This document shows, one piece after another, positions 10,313-20,353 of a stretch of DNA of 64,000 bases. The notes beneath the pieces are model-generated. The model saw only the letters and a list, made by a program, of their open reading frames with translations. It was not told where the DNA came from and ran no database searches. A program made the translations under genes and the position numbers. Every line of letters starts with the position of its first letter. Position 1 is the first letter of the stretch. This DNA is from a bacterium (GTDB lineage Bacteria; Hinthialibacterota; Hinthialibacteria; Hinthialibacterales; Hinthialibacteraceae): contig CAXXSM010000079.1 of the NCBI GenBank assembly GCA_963663405.2, positions 21,956 through 85,955 of the forward strand, read 5' to 3'.

Positions 10313-10317
10313 GATTA

Positions 10318-10884
10318 TTAAGAATTGAAAAATGGATTGCCGTTTTTCTCAATTCCCACAGTCGTCATCGGACCGTGGCCGGGGCAGATTAAGAGATCAT
10401 CGGGCAGTGTGAATATTTTCTTTTGGATATTATCCATCTCTTCATTCTTGGCCGCCGCGCCACTCGTTCCACCAATCGATCCGGCGAATAACGCGTCGCC
10501 GACAAAAGCGAATCGATTCTCCACAACCAGTGTGATTGAGTTCGGCGTATGGCCGGAGGTGCGAAGAACGCGGGTATTCAATTTCCCCAGCGGCAGGGAG
10601 TCCCCTTCACCAACCGCCTTTCCATTGGACGTTGTCCCTGTGCTTGAATAGACGGGAACATTGTGACGCCGGAGGATCGAATCCAATCCGGCGTCGTGAT
10701 CCCAATGCAAATGAGTAAGAAAAACTCCCACAAGCCGCGCCTCAATCGCCGATAGAAACGCGTCGTATTCAGGCGTATCATCACCCGCGTCGATTAATAG
10801 CGCGTCTCCCGTCTCCCGGCAGCCAACGATATATGTATTCGCCTCGTTCGCTTCCTTGAGAAAAAATGGTTGAAAGAGAATCAT
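10318..10884 (-). CDS. MBL-fold metallo-hydrolase (glyoxalase II-like)
   Basis: THLHWDH, GHT, GDALF and PGHG motifs. Confidence 0.9.
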   Translation of the reverse strand: MILFQPFFLKEANEANTYIVGCRETGDALLIDAGDDTPEYDAFLSAIEARLVGVFLTHLHWDHDAGLDSILRRHNVPVYSSTGTTSNGKAVGEGDSLPLGKLNTRVLRTSGHTPNSITLVVENRFAFVGDALFAGSIGGTSGAAAKNEEMDNIQKKIFTLPDDLLICPGHGPMTTVGIEKNGNPFFNS

Positions 10885-10897
10885 CGTTCCGCTCCCT

Positions 10898-12355
10898 TTA
10901 CGGCGCCGGATAGGGTATGGGACTTTCCAACTCTTGCGTCATATGATCGGGAAGTATCCAAACGTCGCCCGATTGATTGCAGAAATAGAGACGGGATTCA
11001 GATGGCTCCAGCGCGTTTCCATCCGCCCAGAATCCATAAAAATCTGGATGCGCGTCGATCGGTTTTCGGACATAGGTATGATTGCGGGGACTGTCTTTTG
11101 TCATCTGGCGGACCTTCTTCCACGTTTTTCCCGCGTCCTCACTGGTCCAGAGAGCGATTTCACCACCCGTGCAATACGCCTGCGGCCCAGGTTCCGTGGG
11201 AGCGATGATGCGCCAGGTCCCATCGTCTTCGATATAAAGCGAACCCATATCATAGTTATGATCGGACTGCGTCACAACCTTGCGCTCCCATTCCTTCCCC
11301 GTCCAATGAACAATGAGCCACGTGCGTGGACCGTTCTTCGGTCCGGACTCGAATCCTTTGCTCAACACGACGAGAATCACGGGATTCCCTTTCAGGTCGT
11401 AAGTGATATCTTTTAAATAGACCAAATCACCGTCTTTTTGAAAGTCATAAACAAGGGCGTCATTTTGAGGTGAATCGAGCGGGATCTCCAGTTCTTTCCC
11501 ATCCACCGTAGTCCAGGTTTTCCCAAAATCGGGTGTTTCCATGTAATATAAATTCGTACGGGCGTTCAAACCCACTTTAGGAGGATGCCAGTTAAACGCC
11601 GTGCCCCGGCGGGAACCGCCACAACCACAACGGGCGCTGATCTGATAGTGCCCGGCGAATCCAGCGATTTTAATATCCTCGCCCCATTCACGGCCGTCCC
11701 GGCTCACATTGAAATAACATTCCCGCCCCCCCGTGTATTTCGTAAAGAGAAATAGAAAACCGAATCCCTCCTCGAACAGCGGCTGGGGATACGTGAATTC
11801 TTTTTTCATAACAAGTTCAAACGAATCGATCGAATATGGTTTTACACTCTTCCAGATAAAACCGTCTTTCCCGCCATGCGCGCTGGCAAAGACCCAAAGA
11901 TACCCGTCAGAATCGAGAGTCAGCACGGGATTATGATGAGCGTCGGATGTGCCTTTTTCCATGATAAGAGCGGGTTTAGGAACTTTCTTGGCCGTATGAT
12001 CGTAGTAAGAGACCATAATCAACAGGGCATTTGGTTCATTCACGCCTTTAGTTCCACCGTACACGAAAAAGGTCTTATTCACTTCCGGCGCATATTGGGC
12101 GTGATACCGGTGTTTCGCGCAGTATGTCCCAAGGCCGCCGCTGTATTTATACCGGTATTGATCGTCGGCTCTCTGGTTGCTGTACCAAATCCCGCGGTAG
12201 CCATCCACCCGCTCCGTTTTGACAATCACGGATTCGAATTTCGGAGATGTAGATGGACTGTCTTGCGCGACACCTTCCATAACGAAAAAGAAACAGGCCA
12301 CAGCAGCCAAGCCGCTCCAAATAATACGTGTTCTATTGGTTGTCACAATCGTCAC
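10898..12355 (-). CDS. Secreted BNR-4/Asp-box repeat protein
   Basis: Signal/TM N-terminus; DAHHNP; Asp-boxes SRDGREW, TPDFGKTW and SEDAGKTW. Confidence 0.75.
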   Translation of the reverse strand: MTIVTTNRTRIIWSGLAAVACFFFVMEGVAQDSPSTSPKFESVIVKTERVDGYRGIWYSNQRADDQYRYKYSGGLGTYCAKHRYHAQYAPEVNKTFFVYGGTKGVNEPNALLIMVSYYDHTAKKVPKPALIMEKGTSDAHHNPVLTLDSDGYLWVFASAHGGKDGFIWKSVKPYSIDSFELVMKKEFTYPQPLFEEGFGFLFLFTKYTGGRECYFNVSRDGREWGEDIKIAGFAGHYQISARCGCGGSRRGTAFNWHPPKVGLNARTNLYYMETPDFGKTWTTVDGKELEIPLDSPQNDALVYDFQKDGDLVYLKDITYDLKGNPVILVVLSKGFESGPKNGPRTWLIVHWTGKEWERKVVTQSDHNYDMGSLYIEDDGTWRIIAPTEPGPQAYCTGGEIALWTSEDAGKTWKKVRQMTKDSPRNHTYVRKPIDAHPDFYGFWADGNALEPSESRLYFCNQSGDVWILPDHMTQELESPIPYPAP

Positions 12356-12445
12356 CCCTTACCTTTATTTCGCGAATACCGGAAGGAGGCCCCAGGATAA
12401 TTCCTGGGACCACATTCCGATTCCATAAACGAATAATTGAATGGT

Positions 12446-14494
12446 TTAATACAAACTCCAGTTTTCAACAGGGACCGTGCCGTTGAAGACCGCGTCATTG
12501 CCATTCCCGGTGAGATCTTCGAGCATAGTTTCCGTCGCCCCGCGTGTGGAATAATAGGCGAACAGCCCGTTTGATTTCATCTCCTCGATATCCTCATCCG
12601 CCGGCGCGGTCGCGAGCAGCGCCGCGATCTCTTCCTCACTCAAAACACGGTTCCAAATTCGGATGTTCTCCATCGAGCCTTCAAATAAACCTGACGTATC
12701 GGAAAGAGCGCCAATGTAAATAGGCGATCCGGGCCAATCAATCAGCCCCGGAGCGTCCACATCATCCACCAGAACGCCGTTGTAGTAGAGTTTAATACTG
12801 TTTTCATCATACGTGGCGCAGATGTGAATCCACGTTTCCGGCGTGGGCATTACTGCGGCGGAATCACCAAATTCAGAAATCTGGAAATGGATGCGGTTTC
12901 CATATTGGGATGTGCCATAGAGGCTAAACGCTTCGCTCACGCCCCCCCAGCTGACGATTCCCCGGCTGCTCAATGTCCGGTCTATAAAAATAGGATCCAA
13001 GTTTACCCACGCTTCCACCGTGATGGTATCCACTTGAAACGATTCGATTGTGTCTACACGCGCGAAAGTAGTCTCTCCATCGAACACAATACCAATCTCC
13101 GGCTTGAAGGTGAGAAGTTCTTCACTGATTTCAAATGTGTGAAATTCTCCGTCAGAGCCATTCCCGGTCAGGTCCACGACGGTGTTATCATCCTGCACCG
13201 AACGCGCCGCCCAGTAGGCGATAAGACCGTTCGCTTTCATGTCTTCGATATTTTCATCCTCCGGCGCGGTTTGCAGTAAGGCGAGAATCTCATCCTCACC
13301 CAGCGCCCGGTTCCAAATCCTGAGGTTTTCCAATTGCCCGTCGAGATGGCGGCTGCCGGGTTCCAGCGCGCCGATGTAGAGAGGATTGGCGCTGTCGAGT
13401 TGAATGGGAGCGGTCACGTTTTCCCCCACTAACACTCCATTGTAATACAACTTGTAGTTTCCTTCTTCATCGTGGGTTCCGAGGATATGCGCCCACGTGT
13501 TCGCCGGTGGAACAAACGCATTGGCGTGGCTGTATCCAGCCGCGTCCTGGACGAGAAACCGGACCCGGTCATAGAGATAGAAGGTAAAATCACTCGGCGC
13601 GCCGCCCCGGTTCATGAAAACCTGGTTTTCGTATGTTTTATCGAAATAAACCCAGCATTCCAGCGTGAACGCCAACAAGTTAAACGGCGTTCCATCCTCA
13701 ACTTTGATGTACGTTGTCTTGCCGTCAAAGGCAATGCCGTATTCCGGTTTGAAGGTCAGATTGGTTTCATCGATGGTGAATTGCTTCCGTTCCAAATCGC
13801 TGATACCCGCTTGATCGCTGATGACGTTCTCATCCATCGACGCGCTGCTCCAATACGAGATGAGTCCATCCGCTTTCATGGCGTCAATATCTTCATCCTC
13901 CGGATTCGTAGCGAGAAGACCGGCGATATCCTCCACCGAAAGCGCCCGGTTCCAGATCCGGATATTCTCCAGCAATCCATTCAAATGACGTTCCCCCGCG
14001 ATCAAGGCGCCGGCAAAGAGCGAAACATCGCCGAAATTCGTCACGCCTGGATAGGCGGTTTCCGCCATTAATATCCCATTGTAATAGAGCCGGATGGTCT
14101 CTTCATCGTAGGTTCCAGTGATGTGAACCCATGTGTTGGCTGGAGGAACCGCCGCTTCCGCAAAACCGTAATCAGTTCCCGCGTTTTCGACGAGAAACCG
14201 GAAATCTCCATTGTTCGCATACAGCGTGAAGAACTCGGCGGCTCCACCCCGGCCTAACAGCTGTTGCTGTCCGGTGTTGTCTCTGAACTTTACCCACGTT
14301 TCCACAGTGATCTGATCGACATTGAAATCGTCGACGATCTCGGTCTCCGCGTAATCGATCGATCCATTGAACGAGATCCCCCGGTCAGGGGTCCAGGTCA
14401 ACAGCGATTCATCGAGCTGCGCGTATCCACTCTGCACGGCCAGCATGAACATCCCCATCCAGATCACTCGTTTTCCCCATATGTTTGCAATCAT
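12446..14494 (-). CDS. Secreted protein with three tandem LamG/concanavalin A-like domains and a C-terminal VENWSLY tail
   Basis: Three repeats of TVExWV...TWxHIxxTYD...LYYNG...IGAL...ENIRIWNRAL; RBS GAGGAGG before ATG 14494. Confidence 0.85.
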   Translation of the reverse strand: MIANIWGKRVIWMGMFMLAVQSGYAQLDESLLTWTPDRGISFNGSIDYAETEIVDDFNVDQITVETWVKFRDNTGQQQLLGRGGAAEFFTLYANNGDFRFLVENAGTDYGFAEAAVPPANTWVHITGTYDEETIRLYYNGILMAETAYPGVTNFGDVSLFAGALIAGERHLNGLLENIRIWNRALSVEDIAGLLATNPEDEDIDAMKADGLISYWSSASMDENVISDQAGISDLERKQFTIDETNLTFKPEYGIAFDGKTTYIKVEDGTPFNLLAFTLECWVYFDKTYENQVFMNRGGAPSDFTFYLYDRVRFLVQDAAGYSHANAFVPPANTWAHILGTHDEEGNYKLYYNGVLVGENVTAPIQLDSANPLYIGALEPGSRHLDGQLENLRIWNRALGEDEILALLQTAPEDENIEDMKANGLIAYWAARSVQDDNTVVDLTGNGSDGEFHTFEISEELLTFKPEIGIVFDGETTFARVDTIESFQVDTITVEAWVNLDPIFIDRTLSSRGIVSWGGVSEAFSLYGTSQYGNRIHFQISEFGDSAAVMPTPETWIHICATYDENSIKLYYNGVLVDDVDAPGLIDWPGSPIYIGALSDTSGLFEGSMENIRIWNRVLSEEEIAALLATAPADEDIEEMKSNGLFAYYSTRGATETMLEDLTGNGNDAVFNGTVPVENWSLY

Positions 14495-14578
14495 TGTTTC
14501 CTCCTCGTACTTAATTAGAGTATTGTGAAAATTCGTAAAGATTAACATACAATGAAGTAGAAAAGTTATTTAAATCGA

Positions 14579-15190
14579 TTATCGTTTCGCGCCGCTCAGA
14601 TCGGCGTTTTCAAAGTTGGCTTGACCGATAGCGGATGTTAGATCGGCGTTCACGAGTTTCGCTTTGCGAAAGATAGCGCGTTGAATCTCCGCGTCATGAA
14701 ACGTAACGCCGGAAAAATCCGCCGCGCCAGGCCGGGAATAATAGAATTTCGCGCCGTTGCAATTCGCCTCACGCGCGATCGTTCCGACCAAGTTGGACCG
14801 CCGCAGGTTGGCGTTCTGGAGATTGGCGCCGGTCAGGTTCGCCCGTCCAAGAATCGCGAATTCACAATCCGCGCCGGATAAATCCGCGCCGTCCAGGCGG
14901 GCGCTGTCGAGATTCACCCTCTGGAGATTCGCTCCCGCCAGATTCGCTCCCCGGAAATCACAGCGAACCAAACAGGCGGACGAGAAATCGAAGCCGCCAC
15001 AGTCCGCGCCGCTGAAATCTACATCCGCCAACACCCATCCCGCGAGGGATTCTCCCGCGCGGCCTCGTTCGAGAATTTTCTGTGTGAACGCGTCCCGGTC
15101 AAGAAGATGTTCCCAGCAATGCTCTTCACCCGTCAAAGCCAGCCGCCCATCCCCCGCCGCGCATTCAACAAATTGGAAATATGTATTCAT
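14579..15190 (-). CDS. Pentapeptide repeat protein
   Basis: Continuous A(D/N)LxG-type pentapeptide repeats. Confidence 0.9.
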   Translation of the reverse strand: MNTYFQFVECAAGDGRLALTGEEHCWEHLLDRDAFTQKILERGRAGESLAGWVLADVDFSGADCGGFDFSSACLVRCDFRGANLAGANLQRVNLDSARLDGADLSGADCEFAILGRANLTGANLQNANLRRSNLVGTIAREANCNGAKFYYSRPGAADFSGVTFHDAEIQRAIFRKAKLVNADLTSAIGQANFENADLSGAKR

Positions 15191-15395
15191 GAATTTCCGC
15201 CTCCCCCACTCCACAACAATACACTCCCTTATACTTTGACCGCGCGCAAGGGATCAAATGGAATGGATGGATGAAATAATCATAATCTATATAGCGTATA
15301 TCATACTATCCATTTAACAAATAGGAAACACATCGTAAATATTTAGAAATAAAGACCTTGAGTGAATAACAGGGAAAGGAGACGGTATCGGAACA

Positions 15396-15923
15396 ATGAA
15401 AACCCTCAAACAATTGGATCCAAAACACAAAGAAGTGAATAATATGCTGCGCGTAATCGGCCCTATTGTAGCGGCGGCGGGTCTACTTTTCATGTTGGCC
15501 GGCTTTATCGATTTTTTTACCTGTGATGGGATGCCTCAATATTTCTGGTGTTTTTTTGTTGGCATGCCGATTTTCTTTGTTGGATCAGTGTTATCGAAAT
15601 TCGGGTATATGGGATCGATCACCCGGTATATGGCGGGTGAAATGGCCCCAGTCGCGAAAGACACATTCAACTACATGGCGGACGGAACGCAGGAAGGAGT
15701 CAAAACCCTGGCCAAAGCGGTTGGAGAAGGCCTTTCTTCAGGATCAGGCGCCGCTGCAACCGTCATTCTCTGCCATAAATGCAACGCGGAAAACGATAAA
15801 GACGCGAAATTCTGCTCTCAATGTGGAGCGCCCATCCAAAAATCAAAACCTTGCCCCCAATGCGCAGAACTCAACGATCCAGACGCGAAATTCTGTGATA
15901 ATTGCGGGAGAGCGTTTGGGTAA
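15396..15923 (+). CDS. Membrane protein with C-terminal double zinc ribbon
   Basis: Two TM helices; CHKC..FCSQCG..CPQC..FCDNCG. Confidence 0.85.
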   Translation: MKTLKQLDPKHKEVNNMLRVIGPIVAAAGLLFMLAGFIDFFTCDGMPQYFWCFFVGMPIFFVGSVLSKFGYMGSITRYMAGEMAPVAKDTFNYMADGTQEGVKTLAKAVGEGLSSGSGAAATVILCHKCNAENDKDAKFCSQCGAPIQKSKPCPQCAELNDPDAKFCDNCGRAFG

Positions 15924-15937
15924 GAACTTGCCTTATG

Positions 15938-16030
15938 TATACTGAGCGCGGTTATAATCTGCGTTTCTCGTTTACCAAAAACCAGCCCATTAATAGCAAA
16001 TACATGAATTGAAAAGATCTGATTATGCCC
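15938..16030. repeat. MITE-like element B, copy 1
   Basis: TATACTGAGCGCGGTTATAATCT...TTTCTC..TTACCA..GCCCATT..GAAAAG..GATTATGCCC; similar to 17538-17623. Confidence 0.6.
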
Positions 16031-16039
16031 GTGCGGGCG

Positions 16040-16086
16040 CCCAGGGCAAGGCTTTTTTCTGCCCTGGCTACGTTCCGGAAATTATG
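16040..16086 (-). repeat. GTAG-REP family 1 unit (47 bp, identical to 17446-17492)
   Basis: CCCAGGGCAAGGCTTTTTTCTGCCCTGGCTACGTTCCGGAAATTATG. Confidence 0.85.
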
Positions 16087-16277
16087 TAGAAATACTTCTT
16101 TATATTTTTACAGTCTACACTCTCCTCAAACTGAAAAACAAGCGGATTCCATCCATACGGAAAAAGTATTCACCCAGCGATTCAAGGGCTTGACGGCGTA
16201 TATCTTCATAGTGCATCTTGGACTCACGAACGCAGATTCTGGCATTCTATATACCACATCACTCCAAGGGGGAAGCG

Positions 16278-17357
16278 ATGAAAAAGTCTATCCAATTGAT
16301 CGCTATGTTTTTGATCGGCTCCTGTTTGTGTCCTAACGTCTTCGCGCAGCAAACCGCGGGAGAGGGAGAATATCACGCATGGTGGAACGAGGGTTATTTC
16401 GGACGTCCGCGCGCCAATCCGCAGGCGAAAATCCTCCCCTTGATTCAGGTCCAGGGAAACAGATTCGTCAATCCAGATGGTGAGACGGTATTGTTCCGTG
16501 GATTGTCCATCTCCGATCCCGACAAAATCGAAAACCAGGGGCATTGGTCCAAGGCGCATTTTGAACACGTAAAAGAGACCGGCGCGATGATAGTCCGTAT
16601 CCCCGTTCACCCCGTCGCCTGGCGTGAACGGACACCGGGGAAATATCTGGAACTGCTCGATCAAGCGGTCCAATGGTGTACGGAATTAGAGATGTACATC
16701 ATCATCGATTGGCATTCGATCGGTAATTTGAAAATGGAACTGTTCCAAAATCCCATGTACGACACGACACAAAAAGAAACCTATGAGTTCTGGCGCGCGA
16801 TCGCACGACGTTTCCGGGGCCATAACACCGTCGCGTTTTACGAAATATTCAACGAACCATCCATCTACCGGGGACAGCTGGGCCGGGCGGCATGGGGAGA
16901 ATGGAAAAAGATCAACGAAGACATCATCTATCTAATCCGCGCCTACGATCCGGAGACCATTCCACTCGTCGCGGGTTTTGATTGGGCGTACGATTTGACT
17001 CCCCTTATCCGGGAACCTCTTGATGCGCAGGGGATCGGTTATGTGACACATCCATATTCACACAAACGGACGAAACCTTGGGAACCCAAATGGGAAGAAG
17101 ATTTTGGATTCGCCGCGGACCGCTATCCTGTATTCGCGACGGAATTCGGTTTTGGGCTTCGTGGTGAAGACACTGTGGATGAAGACCATTATGGGAATGT
17201 GATTCTCAAATACCTGGAAGGAAAAGGGATCAGCTGGTGCGCCTGGGTCTATGATCCGGAATGGTATCCCCGTATGCTTGAATCGTGGGACACATATAAA
17301 CTGACGGGAAGCGGAGAGTTTTTCAAAAACGCGATGCGACACCCGCTGGGAAAATGA
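16278..17357 (+). CDS. Glycoside hydrolase family 5 (cellulase-like), secreted
   Basis: VRIP, IIDWH, YEIFNEP (acid/base), HPY, ATEFG (nucleophile), WCAW. Confidence 0.9.
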   Translation: MKKSIQLIAMFLIGSCLCPNVFAQQTAGEGEYHAWWNEGYFGRPRANPQAKILPLIQVQGNRFVNPDGETVLFRGLSISDPDKIENQGHWSKAHFEHVKETGAMIVRIPVHPVAWRERTPGKYLELLDQAVQWCTELEMYIIIDWHSIGNLKMELFQNPMYDTTQKETYEFWRAIARRFRGHNTVAFYEIFNEPSIYRGQLGRAAWGEWKKINEDIIYLIRAYDPETIPLVAGFDWAYDLTPLIREPLDAQGIGYVTHPYSHKRTKPWEPKWEEDFGFAADRYPVFATEFGFGLRGEDTVDEDHYGNVILKYLEGKGISWCAWVYDPEWYPRMLESWDTYKLTGSGEFFKNAMRHPLGK

Positions 17358-17445
17358 TAAATAGGGCTCACACTGCATGTGATTACGTAAAGTTTCATAT
17401 TACTCTCATTTCATGTAATATTATGCAATAATGTTCGCACGGGTA

Positions 17446-17523
17446 CCCAGGGCAAGGCTTTTTTCTGCCCTGGCTACGTTCCGGAAATTATGCAAGGGGA
17501 GAAAAAAGCCTTCCCCTTGCTAC
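17446..17523 (-). repeat. Pair of GTAG-REP family 1 hairpins; the second has a covaried stem and an inverted loop
   Basis: CCAGGGC-AAGGCTTTTTTCT-GCCCTGG-CTAC followed by CAAGGGG-AGAAAAAAGCCTT-CCCCTTG-CTAC. Confidence 0.8.
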
Positions 17524-17537
17524 CCAGCTGATTGATA

Positions 17538-17623
17538 TATACTCTGTGGGATCGTAATCTTCGTTTCTCATTACCAGAAACAAGCCCATTGAAAAGCTTC
17601 AGATTATGCCCGCGTTCAGTATA
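17538..17623. repeat. MITE-like element B, copy 2
   Basis: TATACT...TAATCT...AGATTATGCCCGCGTTCAGTATA. The right end is a near reverse complement of 15938-15960. Confidence 0.6.
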
Positions 17624-17641
17624 AATAGGAATATATAAACC

Positions 17642-18688
17642 ATGAAACGGCGGACATTTCTTCACTCATTGAACCTTCTCGCGCTCTCAAGCGCTATTCA
17701 TGGGAAAGCTATATACGCGCAAGATTCGCGGGATGGCAAAATCGTTACCGTTCTCGGTCCCATCGATCCAGCTGCGTTAGGAACAACCCTTCCACATGAA
17801 CATGTGTTAGTCGATTTCATCGGCGCGGATCAGATCTCCGAAGGCCGGTACGACCGGGATGAAGCGTTCGATGTCATCCTCCCGTATTTGAACGAAGCGA
17901 AAGGGCATGGCCTTCGCGCGCTCTTTGAATGCACACCCGCTTATTTGGGACGCGATCCTATTCTCCTGCGGCGCCTGGCTAAAGCGTCCGGACTGCATCT
18001 GGTAACAAACACGGGCTATTACGCCGCGATGAAGGAGAAATTCATGCCCGCGCACGCCCACAAAGAGACGGCGGATCAACTGGCGGCGCGTTGGATTCAG
18101 GAATGGGAAAAAGGGATTGAAAACACGGGCGTATTCCCCGGTTTCATCAAAATCGGCGTAGAAACGAAACCGCTGTCCATCATGGACAAAAAACTGGTCC
18201 ACGCCGCCGCGAAAACCAGCCGCGCGACAGGAATGACCATCGCGGCCCACACCGGCAACGCCGCCGCGATGGAGGAACTAGAGATTCTCGAAGAAGAAGG
18301 CGTCCATCCCAGCGCCTGGATCTGGGTTCACGCCAATCGAGGAGATCAAAAAGACGTGCGGCGCGCCGCGGAAAAAGGCGCTTGGATCTCCTTCGATAAA
18401 ATATCTCCACAATCAATCGCCGACCATGTCAATTTGGTGAAAGACATGAAAGATGACGGCTATCTCAGCCGTGTGATGATTTCACACGACGCGGGATGGT
18501 ACACACCAGGGGAGCCCCGTGGAGGAAATTATAGGGGCTACAACACCGTTTTTGAAGAATTCATTCCGGCTCTGAAAAGCGCTGGTTTAAGTGAGGAAGA
18601 CATTCACCAGATCATGGTAACCACACCCGCCAACGCGTTCACGATCCACAAACAGCTCCATCCCACCGGTACCAAAAAAGATCTATAG
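17642..18688 (+). CDS. Phosphotriesterase-family amidohydrolase with Tat signal
   Basis: KRRTFL, TLPHEH, NTGYY, GFIKIG, AAHTG, WVHA, ISHDAG. Confidence 0.9.
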   Translation: MKRRTFLHSLNLLALSSAIHGKAIYAQDSRDGKIVTVLGPIDPAALGTTLPHEHVLVDFIGADQISEGRYDRDEAFDVILPYLNEAKGHGLRALFECTPAYLGRDPILLRRLAKASGLHLVTNTGYYAAMKEKFMPAHAHKETADQLAARWIQEWEKGIENTGVFPGFIKIGVETKPLSIMDKKLVHAAAKTSRATGMTIAAHTGNAAAMEELEILEEEGVHPSAWIWVHANRGDQKDVRRAAEKGAWISFDKISPQSIADHVNLVKDMKDDGYLSRVMISHDAGWYTPGEPRGGNYRGYNTVFEEFIPALKSAGLSEEDIHQIMVTTPANAFTIHKQLHPTGTKKDL

Positions 18689-18736
18689 TGTGACGGCGCC
18701 GGATTTCTCGGTTTAATCTGTATTAATCCAGTCCGA

Positions 18737-20197
18737 TCAGCTGTCCCGGTTGAAGACAAAACCAAGCACGTTCGTTCCGGCAAGGGCGACGCGCTTGAAT
18801 TCATCCCAACTGCGGATGCGTTTCACCCAACGCCAAAGATAACTTGGCCGCAGGTAAAACTTCCGGTAGATGCGCCGGATGATTTTCCCCATATCCTCGT
18901 TGGAGAGATCGGTGAAGAATTGATTGAAGAACGCGTCGGTATGCAGGCGGCTGATGTCCATCATGCTGCCGTCTCCAATTTCCGGATGCGCGGCTTTCAC
19001 TTCCTCAAACAACGGCGTTCCTGGATAGGGAGTCGTAATCCCAAATGTAATGACCGTCGGTTCGATTTCGAGGATAAATTTGATCGTTCGTTCAATGGTT
19101 TCCTTCGTTTCGCCGGGGCTGCCGACCATGCAATGCGCGTGAGTGTCGATGTCGAATTCGTGACACCATTGGAACGCCTTCCGCGTCTCATCGACTGTGA
19201 TGTTCTTGTTCACATTATCGAGAATTTCCTGTGCGCCGGATTCCACGCCAAACCGTATCAAATGACAACCGGCTTCTTTCATTACTTTCAGCATATCCGG
19301 ATCGACGTTATTGACGCGGGAACTGCAGATCCACGTCAGATCCAGTTTCCGTTCTTTGATCCGTTCGCAGATTTCGAAGACGCGTTTTTTAGACGCGGTA
19401 AACAATTCGTCGCGGAAAAAGATTTCCCGATATCCGAGATTCTGGCAAATTTCCATCTCCCGAACAACTTTTTCCGCGCTGATGAAACGCACTTTGTTCC
19501 CATAGAAAACGGGTGAGGTGCAATACGTGCACCGGGCCGTGCAGCCCCGTGTCGTGAACATGGTCGTAAAGGGCATCCGTTTTACGACAGGATTGAAATA
19601 ATCAATATTTTGTGGAAGCATGGAACGATCGGCGATGGGCAGATCGTCCAGATTTGGGATCAACGCGGCGGGCGGATTGAGAACCACCTCCCCGTTCTCA
19701 TCGGTATATCCAATCCCTTTTACGTCTTTATACGCTCCATCCCCTTTCTCCAACGCGTTCACCAGTTCGACCAAGACGGCTTCCTGTTCGCGTTGAACGG
19801 CGAAATCGATTCCCTTGCGGGCGAGGGTGGATTGTGGCATAAAAGTGGGCTGCGATCCGGTCACGATCGTTTTCATGCCCGGATTCACGGATTTGAGTTC
19901 ATCCAAGATTTCCGAATCTTCGATCACCGTCATCGTCGAGGTCAACATCTGGCAGATATCGTACTTTTCCCGCTTGAAATCTTCTTTGATTTCATCGATC
20001 GACATTTGAAGCCCCGCTCCATCCAACAGGCTGGAATCGTGACCGGCCTCTTTCAACACCGTCGCGACAAGACACTGAGAAACAGGCGGAAATTGAATCC
20101 CCGCGATCCGCTTCCCTTTACACCAGCATCCATACACCAGATCGCGCGCGACATTTTTGCTATGCTTGCTTGGAGGGATTAAAGTAACAATTTTCAT
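18737..20197 (-). CDS. B12-binding-domain radical SAM protein (HpnJ-like)
   Basis: N-terminal cobalamin-binding-like domain, TRGCTARCTYC, FGVESG, TPYPGT. Confidence 0.85.
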   Translation of the reverse strand: MKIVTLIPPSKHSKNVARDLVYGCWCKGKRIAGIQFPPVSQCLVATVLKEAGHDSSLLDGAGLQMSIDEIKEDFKREKYDICQMLTSTMTVIEDSEILDELKSVNPGMKTIVTGSQPTFMPQSTLARKGIDFAVQREQEAVLVELVNALEKGDGAYKDVKGIGYTDENGEVVLNPPAALIPNLDDLPIADRSMLPQNIDYFNPVVKRMPFTTMFTTRGCTARCTYCTSPVFYGNKVRFISAEKVVREMEICQNLGYREIFFRDELFTASKKRVFEICERIKERKLDLTWICSSRVNNVDPDMLKVMKEAGCHLIRFGVESGAQEILDNVNKNITVDETRKAFQWCHEFDIDTHAHCMVGSPGETKETIERTIKFILEIEPTVITFGITTPYPGTPLFEEVKAAHPEIGDGSMMDISRLHTDAFFNQFFTDLSNEDMGKIIRRIYRKFYLRPSYLWRWVKRIRSWDEFKRVALAGTNVLGFVFNRDS

Positions 20198-20259
20198 TAC
20201 AGTTATACGCCTTTAGAAACGTGATCCCCGGCTCTGGCAGGTGATCGCGTTTAGGTTCA

Positions 20260-20353
20260 CCGTTTATATGAAAATGAATTTTATAAACTTGCTCGTTCGA
20301 GATTTCTATCACAATTCATTTTCATTTGCAGTTATGATCTCAAATCATGATGG
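20260..20353 (-). repeat. Dispersed structured element A, copy 3
   Basis: Reverse complement reads CCATCATGATTTGAGATCATAACTGCAAATGAAAATGAATTGTGATAGAAATCTCGAACGAGCAAGTTTATAAAATTCATTTTCATATAAACGG. Confidence 0.85.

Noticed and set aside
12446-14494. Internal DNA repeats as a possible diversity-generating template/variable pair
   Set aside because: Explained by the three LamG domains; no reverse transcriptase in the window and no evident adenine-specific variation.
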